NCBI GenBank assembly: GCA_002104905.1
Contig: MCFE01000011.1
Coordinates: forward strand, 1-64,000
Source: Basidiobolus meristosporus CBS 931.73
Taxonomy: Eukaryota > Fungi > Basidiobolomycota
DNA length: 64,000 nt
Direction of reading: 5' to 3'
The position numbers and the translations under genes were made by a program. Positions within the stretch are counted from its first letter, which is position 1. Each line of letters opens with the position of its first letter. Under the pieces are notes generated by a model. The model was not told the DNA's origin. It ran no database searches and saw nothing but the letters and a program-made list of their open reading frames with translations. Below are positions 11,101 to 26,100 of the stretch, in pieces.

Positions 11101-14100
11101 CACAAGCAGCGTTCCTTCAGTTGTGCTGGTCAGGCAATATGCAAGAGCAATGGAATGTTGTCGGCGTGCAGAGCGATGCAGAATTACAGGCGGTGATCAC
11201 ACAACAAAGACGTATGGCTGGCAAACTTACGTGGGAGAATATTTATTTGCCACCCAACACCTGTTCTTTAATCCGCACTGCGGACAAGGCTTGGTTGTCG
11301 ATCACGATCCATCACAGTTTGTACGATGGATGGTGCTTGCCACTCATTGTAGAGGATCTCCAGAACTATATCCTCGGGAAGGAAGTGCTCAAGCGTCCCG
11401 ATTTCCGCAATGTGGTAGAACACATTCACTGTAAAGACGCAGATGCAGACAGTGAGGCGTTCTGGAAGGAGGCACTGTCGGAGTATCGCCCTTTCGCTTT
11501 CCCAAATCTCACCGGAAAATCCAGATTTAAGGATGTTTCTGCAACACATAGTCTGGAGAAGACATTCAGCATGAAGACTAATGAAGTTGAGGCTTTGTGT
11601 CGATCCCTTAGGCTATCTCCTCAAGTAGTGGCGCAAGCAGCCTGGGCAAAGTTGCTTCGAATGTACACGAATGAGGATGATGTTGCCTTTGGCCTGGTCG
11701 TTTCAGGTCGTACAATCCCGGTAGAGGGGATTGAGCATGTGATTGGTCCCTGTATCAATACCATCCCTTGCCGCATCACCATGGACGACTTGACTCAAAC
11801 GAATGAGCAATTCTTGACCGATATCCAGGAAATGAATACCAACATGATTTCACACACTGGCTTGCCATTGCGTTCAATCAATACTCTCTTAGGGATTAAC
11901 CCGACACAGTCCCTGTTCGATACCCTGTTAATTTACCAGAAAACTTCCACCACTCCTAATGCAACCTCTGAATCTGCTCAGGAGAAGGTTAAGCTTGTAC
12001 ACTCAGATGATCTATTAGAGGTAAGCTGCCAGAATAATTCAATATGGCCTCAGGAACTAACATGGCATTTTACAAACCATAGCACTCTATCTTGGTGGAG
12101 GTAGAGCCACATGGTGATGATATCACTCTGCGTGCTGTTTGTAAAAACCATATCGTGCCTCCAGCTCACACACAAATCCTATTGGATCAATTCAGCGCAT
12201 TCATGTCGGATATTTTGAATAATCTCTCAGGACAAGTTGGAGGAGTCTTGAGAATGGCTAACGAGCAACTTTCGATTGGAAACAAAGCTGCTGAGTCTGA
12301 TGACAAGGCAAGCAGATTACTTATGCATAGCTTCGTTGAGAGGTATGCAAAAGAAACACCTGAAAAGTTTGCTTTGGAATTTGCAACTAGTATCGATTCC
12401 TCAAACGGAACCGCGGAAACGATCAAGCTTACCTACGATGTACTCAATCAAGAGGCCAACAAGATAGCCAATCTCCTACTAGATCGAGGACTCCAGCCTG
12501 AAAATATTGTCCCTATTTGCCTCGACAAGTCTCCCTTCATGTATATTGCTATCTTGGGTGTACTGAAGGCTGGAGGTGCATACGCCCCCATCGACCCCGA
12601 AATTCCAGATCTACGCAAACAATTTATCGTGTCCGATGTGGATGCAAAGGTCTTGCTCACAACAGAGAAGTATGCCACTGTCCTGGGAGAAATGCTGAGT
12701 GTCGATATTGTGGCCTTGGATAAGGAAGATTTGACTGGATACTCGTGTGCTAACCCTCGAGTCCCTCTCACTTCCTCCAATCTGGGTTATTTGTTGTATA
12801 CCTCAGGAACCACCGGAACTCCCAAGGGTGTAATGGTGGAGCATCGAAATGTAACCAGCAATCTGGATTCTATGAAGAAGATGATCTCCTGGACACCGGA
12901 GTCCAGACTATTCCAATTCACGACATTCATCTTCGATGTGTCAGTATTTGAAATGTTCTTCTCCTGGAGCCTAGGTATCACGCTTTGCTCCAGTAGCAAA
13001 GATATTATGCTCGGTGATTTGGAAGGAGTAATCAACTGCTTAAGAGTGACTCATCTGAACCTGACTCCAACCGCCAGTGGTCTTATTCATAGACCAAGAG
13101 TTCCAACCATTTCAGCTCTTATTACTGCAGGAGAGCCACTTACTCAGAGAGTTTTGGATGAATGGGCAGGCGACAATCGCCTCAGTAATGCCTACGGTCC
13201 AACAGAAACCACCAATGTTTGTACCGCCTTCACCAATGTGCAGTATGATACTAAGACCAGTAACATCGGAAGGCCACTTGCTACTTGTTCTGCTTATATC
13301 ACGAACGCTGACATGCAACCAGTGCCTATAGGTGGCATCGGAGAGTTGTGCATAGGTGGACCACAAGTAACCCGAGGCTATTGGAAGAAGCCCGACTTGA
13401 CCTCCGAGAAATTTGTTGAAATCGAGGCTTTGTCTTTTTGGAGGGTATACAGAACTGGTGATCTTGCAAGAATCCTTGCTGATGGCACCGTTGAATTCCT
13501 TGGACGCTTAGATAATCAAATCAAGTTGAATGGGTTCCGTATTGAGTTGGAAGAGATCAATTCGGTAATCGTGCAATCCCACACATCAACTAAAGACGCT
13601 GTTACCTACGCTATTCGCCGACCAGAGCACCAAAATGAGATCCTGGTCTCATTTGCATCAGTAGCTGGTGACCGTGAATACAATAGCTGCGAAATTATTG
13701 ATGTGGCAGACGAATCAGCACCAGAGGTACAGAAGATCATTCAATTGGTCTTCGAAGAAGCCAAGCGTAAGCTTCCAACGTATATGGTTCCCTCGATCGT
13801 ACTTCCTGTTTCTAAGCTTCCTTTGGGGCCTACGGGTAAAGTGAATTCCCAAACATTGAGGCAATTATATTTGGATTATCCCTTGGAGTCATTGAGTAAC
13901 TTCTACGCTGTTGAAGAAGAAGACTCGAACGTAGAGGATGATTCCATTGTGAACACGGAGATTGAAAACAAAATCCGAAACGCTATTGCCGAAACAGCAG
14001 GCCTGACCTTACCTGAAGTTAGAAGCGGCTCAAATATATTCCATCTAGGGTTAGATTCTATCAACGCAATCCAACTTTCTTCTAGATTGCGCAAGCTCAA

Positions 14101-17100
14101 TATTGATCTTACCGTTTCCGCTATTATGAACAACCCAACTCCGAGATTGATGACTCAGTTGTTCCAACAAAACTCATTGCAGGATCCTTCCGAAGTAGCT
14201 ATAGATTCATTAGCCGATACCCGTGAGTCTATGCGCGCATTCTCTCAGAGAGTCAAGTTGGATGTAACCCAGCAACTCGCCATTGACGAAGAAAAAATCG
14301 CTGCGATTCTTCCTTGTACACCTCTGCAGGAAGGTATGGTGGCCCAATCCACCAAGTACGGAAATGCCCTGTATTTCAATCACACAATATTTGAGATCAA
14401 GCTGTGGGCCCATATTTCACGCTTGCAAGAGGCCTGGAATCAAGTAGCTGAGAAAAGAGAGATCCTAAGAACTTGCTTCTGCATTACTAGCGATCATGAA
14501 TATCCCTTCGCCCAGGTTGTACTGAACGAGTGGACCCCTTCGTGGGTTTTCGAAAATCTTGCTAGTCAAGAGGCAGTTGAGAAGGCGATCGATCAGCACA
14601 TCGAGTCTGTTAATCATACCATCGAAACGAGCCGTCCTCCAGTTTGCTTCGGTGCTTTCAATGGACCAAATGGGGTTTTTGTCGTCATGTCGATGCACCA
14701 CGCTCTCTATGATGGTTGGAGTTTGCCTTTGTTATTGGAGGATGTCCAAGCCGCATACTACAAGCTCAAACTACCGATAAGACCATCATTCCATCAAGCC
14801 CTCGAATACATTCATTCGGTTGATAAGGCCGGTTCTCAAACATTTTGGAAGAATATGTTGAGCTCCTACGAGCCTGCTATGTTTCCCGACTTGACAGGAC
14901 TGGTGAACAAGCCGAACTCGGTGATCTGCAGTACAAGATCCCTGGTTAGCAAGGCCAAGATGTCAGAATTAAACTCGATCTGTAGAGCTTTACAAACAAC
15001 AGTGCTAGCTGTTGGTCAGGCTGCTTGGGCAAAATTGTTGTCCTTCTACGTGGGTGAAAATGATGTAGTATTCGGACATGTTCTCTCTGGAAGAACAATC
15101 TCGATGGAGAAAGTGGAGGATGTAATTGGCCCTTGCTTCAATACAGTCCCATGCAGAGTTGAAATCAACCCATCAAAGACCAACGAGGATCTATTCAAAT
15201 CTTTACAGAAGTACAATACGGATGTTATCCCCTACCAGCATACACCATTGAGATCCATCTTGAAGGGACTCGGTAACCTTGATGGATCCCCCTTGTTTGA
15301 TACAGTATTTTTGTACCAAAAACTCAATTCCAGTGAATCTTCACACGAACAGCTATGGGATATTATTCGTGATGAGAGCCAGTTGGAGGTATGCCTATTT
15401 ATGTGATCGTTCTTTGGCCCATTCACTAACATGCTTTAGTTTTCGGTGATGATCGAGCTTATTCCAGAAAAAGATGACAACCTGGTGCTGCGTATCACTT
15501 GTCGCAACACCGTAATGCCAGTAGCCCAGAGCGAACTACTTTTGAGCCAGCTGGATGATATCATATTAGACATCGTGCATCAACCCACTCAGTCATCCGC
15601 ATTGGTGGGCCGTACTATGCGCGAGAGTAGCTTGTCAATTAGTAATCCTCAACCCAAGTACTTTGTCAATGATAAGGAACTGCTATTGCATCAGCTATTC
15701 GAGATCAGTGTTGCCAAGAATCCCCACGCCACTGCATTAGAGTTTATGGAGGAGATGAACGCTTCCGAATCTCAAAAATGGACTTACCAACAGCTGAATG
15801 ACGAAGCCAATCGAGTAGCAAATCTGTTACTCTCTTGCGGTCTTCAGCCGGATGACGTTGTACCAATTTGCATGAACAAAGGGCCTATGACATACATCTC
15901 GATTTTGGGTGTATTGAAGGCGGGTGGTGCCTACTGTCCTGTTGATCCAGAAGCCCCGGTAAGCAGACAGCTCTTCATTATATCTGAGGTTTCGCCTCGT
16001 GTCGTGTTGACCGTCGGTAGTGATATCACCGAAGAGCTGAGACCTTATCTCTCTGAGGAGGTCAATCTAATCGATCTGAGCGCCGAGTTGATGGCAAGCC
16101 AGTCCACTGCTCAACCGCATCCTCAAGGGCTGACAGATAGGCACTTGGCTTACGTACTGTATACTTCAGGTACTACTGGAAAGCCTAAGGGTGTGATGCT
16201 CGAACATGCCAGTGCAGTGCAGAGTATTCAAACCCACCAAAGTCTATTGTGGTGGGAGGAATCCAGTAAGTTCTTGCAGTTTGCAACTTACACTTTTGAC
16301 GTGTCAATCTATGATATGTTCTTCTCTTGGACTGTCGGAATCTGTCTTTGTTCTGCCTCCAAGAAACTTTTGCTTGGGCAGCTGACGGAGCTGATCAACG
16401 CCATGGAGATTACCCATCTGGATTTGACTCCTACGGTTGCTGGATCTCTCTCTCGTAAGGACGTCCCAAGCATCAAGTCATTGTATTGTATTGGTGAGGC
16501 CCTTACCCAGAGAATAGTGAACGACTGGGCTGATGACGGTTGTCTGGTTAACTCATACGGACCAACTGAAGCGACCATTGCTTGTACTATGAGACGAGTT
16601 ACTGGCGAACATAAGGCTAGTAATATTGGGCTTCCATTCCAGACATGCTCGGCCTATGTTCTGTCCAAACAGGGTCACCAGATACAGCCCTCCGGTTGCT
16701 TAGGAGAGCTTTGTATAGGAGGGCCCCAACTTGCCAGAGGATACCTTGGTAATGTGACCTTGACTGCGGAGAAGTTTATGCGTGTACCAGGAATCGATGG
16801 ATTGCTATATCGTACTGGTGATATTGTCAGACTACTTTGCGATGGAACATTCGAATACATGGGACGTATGGATGATCAGGTCAAGCTAAACGGTTTCCGT
16901 ATTGAGTTGGATGAAATCAATACTGTCATTGCTGGATCTCATCAATCGGTTGAAGACGTGATCACCCTTGTTATCCGCCATCCTCAACTGGCACGAGGCC
17001 AACTTGTCTCCTTTCTCGCCACACAAGCTCGTGACGATGGTGACTTCTCACCGGAGTTGATAACTGACCCAACCTTGAAACAAGAGTTGATCCAGGCTTC

Positions 17101-20100
17101 GTTGAGCCAGGCAAGAAGCACTCTTCCTGCATACATGGTTCCCGGCATCATACTACCCATCAACAAGATTCCTGTTGGAAGTGCAGGAAAGGTGGATCGC
17201 AAGAGACTCATGGCAGTGTTTACAGGCATGAGCAGTGTCTCCCTCCAAACGTACCTTGATCCTTTAGGTGAGCTGGACACTGATGACAGCAGCTGGAGTG
17301 AGATTGAACGCAAGATTCGAGACATCTTGGCAGAGGTCACACAGACCTCTTCAGATTTGATTGGCAAGAGATCTTCGATCTTCCAACTTGGACTTGATTC
17401 CATCAGCGCTATCCAGTTGTCGGCTAAATTACGCGAGAGAGGCATTAATATCTCAATTATTGATATTATGAGGAATCCTTCGGTCCAATTAATGGGCGAG
17501 TGCTTGCAAAATCAACTTGGTGCTGGCGTCGCTAACGAGGAAGAAATTGCTAGTCAAACCCGCTCCATCATTAAAGGGTTTGCTGCTAAGATCGAACCTC
17601 AGCTGGGCGCACAATACGAGGGAGATGTGGTGGCCGTCTACCCATGTACTCCTTTGCAGGAAGGGATGATAGCACAAACATTAGGGCTTGGTGGAGCATA
17701 CTTCAACCATATCATTTACGAACTCATTCCTACTATTGACATTTCACGCTTAGAACAGGCATGGCTGAAGGTCATCGAAAGCAACGAAATCTTGAGAACA
17801 AGCTTCTTCAACACCGATGATACTGAGTTTGTCTACGCTCAAATTGTTCACAAGAAGGCTTACATGCCATGGACAGTGAGAGAGGTACAAGATTTCGAGG
17901 AGGTTCAATCGATATCCGATGAGTACATGCAAAAAGCATGGAAACAAACTGAGAATTTGCAGCGTCCACCTATATCATTTACCGTGTTCAAAGGATCCGA
18001 GAACTCATGGTTACTTGTATCAATGCACCATGCCATATACGATGGCTGGTCATTGCCATTGATTGTAAAGGATGTATTCGATAGCTACAACGAAAAGCTT
18101 TCACTGAGACCTCAATTCTCTCAAGCTTTGGAATCCATCCTTTCATACGATAAGGCCGCGGCCGAGGAATTCTGGAAGCACCATCTGAATGATTATTCTA
18201 GTGCGATGTTCCCCAATATTACCAATTCCAGGAAGCAGATTTCCGGAAGCCATTTGGTGTCAAAAGTAGCTACACTCAAGCTAGTCGATATTGAGCATGC
18301 CTGCCAATCACTGGGAACCACTGTGCAGGCAGTAGCTCAAGCGGCTTGGGCAAAGATTCTCTCTGCGTACATGGATATGGATGATGTCATATTCGGCCAC
18401 GTTATTTCAGGAAGAACTATCAGCAACACCGATTTAACCGAGATAATCGGACCCTGCTTTAACACCATTCCTTGCCGTGTAACAGTTAAGGAGGTGGAGA
18501 CGAATCTCGAGCTCATTCAAAGAATCCACGACGACAACATTCAAGCTCTTTATCACCAATGCACCCCATTGAGATCGATTCAAAAGTGGCTTGAGGTGCC
18601 GAATGGATCTTCTCTTTTTGATACTATCTTTATTTTCCAAAAAACCGAGAAGGGTGAAGCAGGAGATAACGCGCCAATCTGGCTGGAGAAAGAGAACAGA
18701 GGAGAGGTTGAGGTAAGTAGATATACGAATGTTGATTTGACTTCTACATGGCTAATTTAAACTGTTCAGTATGCGCTATCCATTGAATTGGAGCCTACAG
18801 AGAATGGTGCTCTTAGCATCAGTCTGGTGTGCAAAAACGCTACTCTTTCGAAGGAACAATCCCAGATACTCTTGGAGCAATTCGAAGGCTTGTTTATGGA
18901 CTTACTCCAAAAACCGCACAGCCGAGTCAAGGACTACAATGAAGATGTTTTGCCTTCACAACTTCTTTCAATTTGTAATCCTTCTCCCGTAGTGTATGAT
19001 GTTGGCGCACGTCGCTTTATGCACAGTTGGGTCGAGGACTTTGCCATCAGCAATAGCGATAAAATCGCCCTAGAATTTGCTACCGAAATTTATGCTTCCG
19101 GTGCTGAGACAACTCAGTGGACTTTCGAACAGCTAAACGGTGAAGCTAATCGCGTAGCTCACTATCTCATCACTTCCGGAATTGAAATTGAACAACCAGT
19201 ACCCGTTTGTATCCCTAGATCACCATTGATGTATGCTACAATCCTTGGTGTTACTAAAGCAGGAGGTGCCTACGTCCCAGTTGATCCAGATGCACCCTCC
19301 GATCGTAAGAACTTCATCATCGAGGATACTAGGGCTAAACTAGTCCTAACTGTTGAAAGCCTTATTGACCAGTTCGTCGGTAATGGTGTTAATGCTATTG
19401 CACTTGATACCAGCGACTCCCTGGCAAGGCAGCCTACGACGAACCTTGATCTTGAGAGTCTGCAACCCTCAAACTTGGCATATATCCTGTATACTTCCGG
19501 TACTACTGGCAAACCTAAAGGTGTACTAGTAGAACATACAAACGTGGTCCACAGTATAACGGCATTCAAGAAAATGATCAAGATGACGCCAGCTTCCAAG
19601 TTCTTACAATTTGCTTCTTGCGGATTTGATGTTTCGATTTTCGAGATGTTTTTGTCTTGGAGCGTAGGAATCTGTGTTTGTGCCGCTAGCAAGGATCTTA
19701 TATTGAGGGATATTGAGTTGATGATCAGCTCAATGGGTATTACTCATGCCGATCTTACTCCCAGTATGGCCGTCTTAGTTCGTCGTTCTCACGTGCCCAC
19801 CCTCCAATGCTTGGTAACTGGTGGTGAAGCATTAACTCAGCATGTTCTTGATGAGTGGGCTGGTAATGGCTTGTATAATGCATATGGCCCTACCGAGGCC
19901 ACCATTGGTTGTACAATGCTTTGTAATGTTACCAAGGATGCAAAGGCTAGCAATATTGGCAGAGTATTTGAAAATAGTACTGGCTATGTCATGTCTGCTT
20001 CAGGTCGATTCGAACCAGTTCTCCGTGGTTCTCCTGGCGAGCTTTGCATTGGTGGGCCTCTAGTTACCAGAGGGTACCTCAATAGACCGGAACTTACTTC

Positions 20101-23100
20101 GGAGAAGTTTGTTAGCTGGCCCAAGGGCGGCTCTCAAGTTCTGTACAGAACTGGTGATCTTGTTCGTCTCACCGCCGATAATTCCATAGAGTTCTTGGGA
20201 AGAGCTGATAGCCAGGTTAAGATCAACGGTATTCGGATTGAGCTAGACGAAATCAACAACACCCTCAGAGCAGTCGAAGAAAGCGTTCAGAGCGTTTTCA
20301 CCATCCTTGCTCAACACCCTGAGCAATTGAAGAAGGAGCTTGTTTCTTTCGTCGTTTTGCCTGATCTTAAGGCGGCATCTAGCGGTGGTGTAACCATCAC
20401 AGAACTTTCTGATAGTGAAATTACCAGAATCAGGAATATTGCCAGTGCGCTTATTCAAGAGGCCAGACGTATGCTACCTGCTTACATGGTACCCCACCAT
20501 ATCCTCCCTATTGCGACCCTTCCTTTAGGAAATACCGGCAAGGCAGATGAGAAGAAGCTGATCAACATGTACAAGAGCACCGAATTGCAGGCCTTGCAAT
20601 TGTTACACGCAGGAACAACTTTGGTTACTAGGCCATGGACTGGAACTGAAGAAATCATCCGCAAAATTATTGTACAGATTTCGCCCGTACCCGAAAGTAA
20701 CATCAATCAAGGCTCATCTATATTCCAGCTAGGATTGGATTCCCTCAGCGCAATCCTTCTCTCGTCGAAGCTGAGAAAACAAGGCTTTGAAATATCTGTT
20801 TCGCAGATCATGCAATACCCTGTGATCGAACAGATGGCGCACTGTTTAGACTCTGAATCGTCTGAATCTAGCAATGAGCAGAGTTTGATTGAAGAAGCGC
20901 GAGTTGCCATCAAAGAGTTTGAAAATTCAAATAGAGTTCTTGTCGCAAACCAAATTGGCATATTAGAAAGTGACATATCAGCAATCTACCCATGCTCACC
21001 TTTACAAGAAGGTATGATTGCGCAATTCCTGAAATCGGACAAGGCTGTGTACCTCAATCACATCCTGCTTGATTTGGAATCGAAAATCGACTTGGAGAAG
21101 CTACGTGAAGCATGGAGATGTGTCGTTCGCACACATGATATTCTGAGGACCTGCTTTTGCCTGCTAGATGGCCAAAAGTATATCCAGGTGGTATTGTACG
21201 ACTCCGATAAATATGAAATGTCGTGGGAAGTTAAGTCAGCCAACAGTGAAGACGAGTTAATCACGCTGATTGAAGAAACTGAAGCCGAGATTTCCAAAGA
21301 ATTGACTCTCCAGAGACCACCAATCCGCCTCACTGTATGCCATTGCGCCACCAGAGTTTGTCTTTTGATTTCCATCCACCATTCTCTGTATGATGGATGG
21401 AGTTTACCTCTAATTCTTGATGACGTTTACCGCTGTTACCGTGGCTTCTCTCTACCTGTCAGGCCACAATTTGGAAACTTCATTGATTATGTCGCTGCAA
21501 GAGATATGGACCTTTCAAAGCAATATTGGAGAAAGGCACTTGCGGATTCAACTCCCACTAGTTTCCCTGAACTGACAGGAACCAGAGGTATCCAGAACGC
21601 GGCAAGCCACGTTGCTTCACTCACATCGAGACTTAAGAACAGCGAGATCGAAGCAGCTTGCCATAATATGGGAACTACAGTACTTGCTCTAGGTCAGGCA
21701 GCTTGGGCGAAATTGCTTTCATATTACGTTGGAGAATCAGAGGTTGTCTTCGGGCATGTGGTTTCTGGTAGAACTATACCTCTTGACGGTGTTGAAGACA
21801 TCGTTGGTCCATGCTTCAACACTATTCCTTGTCGTGTAGAGGTTAACGAAGGTGTGACCAATGTTGAGCTTCTGCAAGCTATTCAACAGGAGAATGCACG
21901 CGCTCTTGCTTATCAGCATACTCCTTTAAGATCGATTTACAGATGGATTAATCGTGTGGATGATCAGCCCCTTTTCGATACGCTATTCTTGTATCAAAAG
22001 AATCCTTCCGAATCTGGGAACGTGGAGGAGAGACTATGGAAGGTTGTCGATGGTAAAGCTCAAATAGATGTAAGTGTCAAATATTCCTCTATGTAGTCCG
22101 GTTCGCCTCCTGACCGTTTTTCTAGTATTCGATCTCCATTGAATTGGAAGCCGGCTCAACAGACGAATTTGTTATTCACGCAGCTTGTAGAGATATCGTC
22201 GTACCTCCAGGCCATTCCAAGATATTGCTGAGACAGCTTGATCAAATTTTGGTGGAAATAGTAACTAATCCACAAAGGCAGGTCATGCAACTAGACATTG
22301 AACCTAGTTGTATGTCGATAATGAACCCGGAACCTCAAATTTTCGATCCTACAAACACTGGGTTGATGCACACCTTGTTTGAGAAGAATGCCGCTGACAT
22401 TCCCGAGAAGATTGCTTTAGAGTGGGTTCTAGACTTTGATGATGATGATAAGCCAGTGGTTGAAAGTTGGAGCTTTGAGTCTTTCAATCGCGAAGCAAAC
22501 AGAATCGCGCATCTTATCTTATCGAAGAGTTCTTCCAAATGTGTAGTTCCGGTTTGCATCAAGAAGTCACCTCTCATGTACATTGCCATATTGGCAGTAT
22601 TGAAGAGTGGAAATGCATATGTCCCTGTCGATCCTGAATTACCGGTGGACCGTATCCTGTATATGATTGCGAATGTTGATGCCCCAGTAGTCCTCACTAC
22701 CCAAGACATTGCCGTTTCACTTAACGAAGGGTCAGGCAAGGGCCCGGCAATACTACCCCTCGATATTTTGGGCAGCGATTTAGCCAGTCAATCCACTTCC
22801 AACCCAGATGTCATTCTCACAGCCAATGATCTAGCCTATGTCCTATTTACCTCAGGAACCACTGGCCTGCCTAAAGGTGTTATGATCGAACATGGAAGTG
22901 TACGTGAAAGTATTGCCGCCTTTAGCAGTATCTTGAAGCATGGTTCGAATGTGAAGTTCTTGCAATTCGCTAGCTTCTCGTTCGACGTATCTATTTGTGA
23001 GATATTCCTGTCCCTGAGTCGTGGCTACACATTATGCTCCGCGGCTAAAGACTTCTTGCTCAGCAATCTCGAGAGAATCATCCAGAAAATGGAGGTTACG

Positions 23101-26100
23101 AATGTCGCTCTTACGCCAAGTGTAGTCAGTATTATCAATCGGAAGAATGTCCCATCAGTGAGGGTGTTTGTTGCTGGTGGAGAAAGCCTTACTCAACGCG
23201 TTTTGGATGAATGGACCGATGGAGATGTTATTCTTCAAAATGCATATGGTCCTACTGAGACCACTATTGGCTGTACTTTGAACCAACGAGTTACTCGTCA
23301 TTCCAAGCCAAGTAATATTGGTGGTACTCTACCTAGTTGCTCCGCATTTGTATTGTCGTCTACACTTCAATTAGTGCCACTAGGTGGCATAGGAGAATTG
23401 TGCATTGGTGGCAAGCATGTTGCTAGGGGCTATCTTAAACGACCGGACTTGACAGTTGAGAAGTTTATTACCATGGAGATATTAGGAAGATCGGAAAGAA
23501 TCTATAGAACTGGTGATCTTGTTAGAATTCTGCATGACGGATCTATCGATTTTGTTGGGCGAATGGACGATCAAGTCAAACTCAACGGGCTTCGTATTGA
23601 GCTTGAGGAGATTAATCATGTCATTCTTCAAGCAAGCGACTGTATTGATGATGTTGTAACCCTAGTGATCAAGCATCCTGAACAACAAAAAGCCCAGCTT
23701 GTGGCTTTCATTGCCACTAGCCTTATCGCTGATAATTCGGAAGATCTTACTGTATTAACTGGATCTGCGGTAGTTGATGAGCTCAAGCCCATCATTAGAG
23801 CAGCTTTGGATGCAGCCGCAAGAAAACTCCCAATGTACATGGTGCCAAGCCACGTTTGCTTGGTGAACAAGATGCCCCTTGGTACAACCGGAAAGGTCAA
23901 TCGAAAATTACTTACTCAAAAGTATCAAGGTCTGGATGAATCAGTCTTCTTGGGTAGTGATATTACTCAAGATGACTACCAGTCCTGGGCGAAGCAAGAG
24001 CAGAAGATTAGTGAGGCCATTTCAGAGGTTGCCAATGTTCCTCTAAATGAAATTGGACGTCACTCTTCCATTTTCCAGCTTGGTCTCGATTCGATCAGTG
24101 CGATTAAGTTGTCGGCCAAACTCAAGGATAGGGGAATAATTTTATCGGTCTCTGACATCATGAAGTACCCTACCGTTAGCCGCATGTTCAACTACCTTGA
24201 AGAGAATTCTGATGTGGTATTTGAAGATGTAGAAGAGACATTGCAAAAAACTAGAGTTCTTTTCCAAGAACTTGAGGATGAAGTTAGATCATCAATCACC
24301 GAATCCTTGAAGATTTCTGATGATGAAATCCTGGCGATTTATCCCTGTACACCAATGCAAGAGGGAATGATCTCGCACACACTACAGTCAAGTGGAAAGC
24401 TCTATTTTAATCACACAGTCTTTGATTTGAAGTCATTTGTTGATGTCAATGCTTTGAAGGAAGCCTGGATGTCGTTAATTCAAAAGAATGATATTCTCCG
24501 AACCAGCTTCTTCCCTTGCAACCACACTTCATTCAGCTATCTTCAAGTAGTTAATCGTGACGTTTGGATGCCTTGGTCTGAGATAGAGGTTGATGAGAAC
24601 TGTGATATGAATCAGTTAGTAGAGGAGCATATCGAAACAGCTGTCAAGGAAACCCAGAACATGCAACGTCCCCCAATAGCGTTTAGCGTTGTCAAGAAGC
24701 CAGAGCAAACTCTACTAATTATGTCGTTGCACCACGCACTTTATGATGGATGGAGTTTGCCGTTAATGCTACAGGATGTTCACACACTCTATTTCGGAGA
24801 ACCAGTACCCGAACGCCCTGCCTATAAGAATATGGTTGAATATATTGTGTCGCGACCAGAGAGTGAAGCAAACGCTTATTGGTCACAAGCTCTAGAAGAT
24901 TGTAATGTATCGACATTCCCATCTCAAGGTGATATCTTAGATTCATCCAGTGCCTTTATCGTCAACATGGATGAGATCTCTTCAAGTATGTCTGTTCAAG
25001 ATATTGAGGCTATATGCCAATCTCTGGATATCACTATGCAATCAGTAGGCCAAGCTTCATGGGGAAGGTTATTAGCTTGCTATCTTGGTGAAAGCGATGT
25101 CACGTTTGGACGAGTTGTATCTGGAAGAACCGTACCAGTAGAAAACGCCGAAGCGATAATGGGACCTTCTTTCAATACTATTCCATGCAGAGTCACTGTT
25201 GATCGCTTTGATAATAATGCAGATCTCACTCGTGGGCTTCACCAGATGAATGTTGAAAGTATCAAATACCAGCATACTCCGCTAAGAACAATTCTAAAGC
25301 AAGCCAACAAATCGACCAATGGACAAAAACTCTTTGATACATTGTTCTTGTATCAAAAGGGCGAAGGTACCAGTGGTGATAATGGCCGTATACTGTGGGA
25401 TATCGTAGACGGAAAAGCAGAGATTGAAGTAAGTACTTTTGGCATCGATCACCATAAGTACATGTATTCTAATATTGAGTTTAGTTTTCTGTTAGTGTTG
25501 AAATTGAACCATTAGGCGATCAGCTAATGCTACGCGCTGCTTGTAAGAATAGCGTAATGACCAAGCATCAATTGAGAATGATGCTTGAGCAATTGGATTC
25601 CCTAATGGTAGACTTGTTGGAGAATCCTGCGGGTAGCCCCGAATCATTCACCGAGTTACCTCAGAGGTTGATGTCTCGAGGAAACCCTAACCCAGAATCC
25701 CTTGGCACTGGACCTGTATCACTCCTGCATCAATTTGTCGAGAAACACGCCGAAGAAACCCCCAACAAGATTGCTTTCGAATTTGTTCACTCGATATCTG
25801 ATTCCCATATTGACGTTAGCAAATTCACCTACGCTGAATTTAATCGCAGAGCAAATCAAGTTGCCAATTTCCTCTCAAGTAGGAATGTCAAGCCAGAAAC
25901 CATCATTCCACTGTGTTTCGAGAAGTCTATCCTCATGTACATGAGTATTATAGGAGTTCTGAAGGCAGGTTGCGCTTACGTACCAATAGATCCTAAGGCG
26001 CCCTCAGACAGAAAACGGTACATCATACAAGAGGTTGAAGCCTGTGTAGTGTTAACATCGAAATCTTTATCATCTGGCCTTATCGTCGAGAATGAGGATC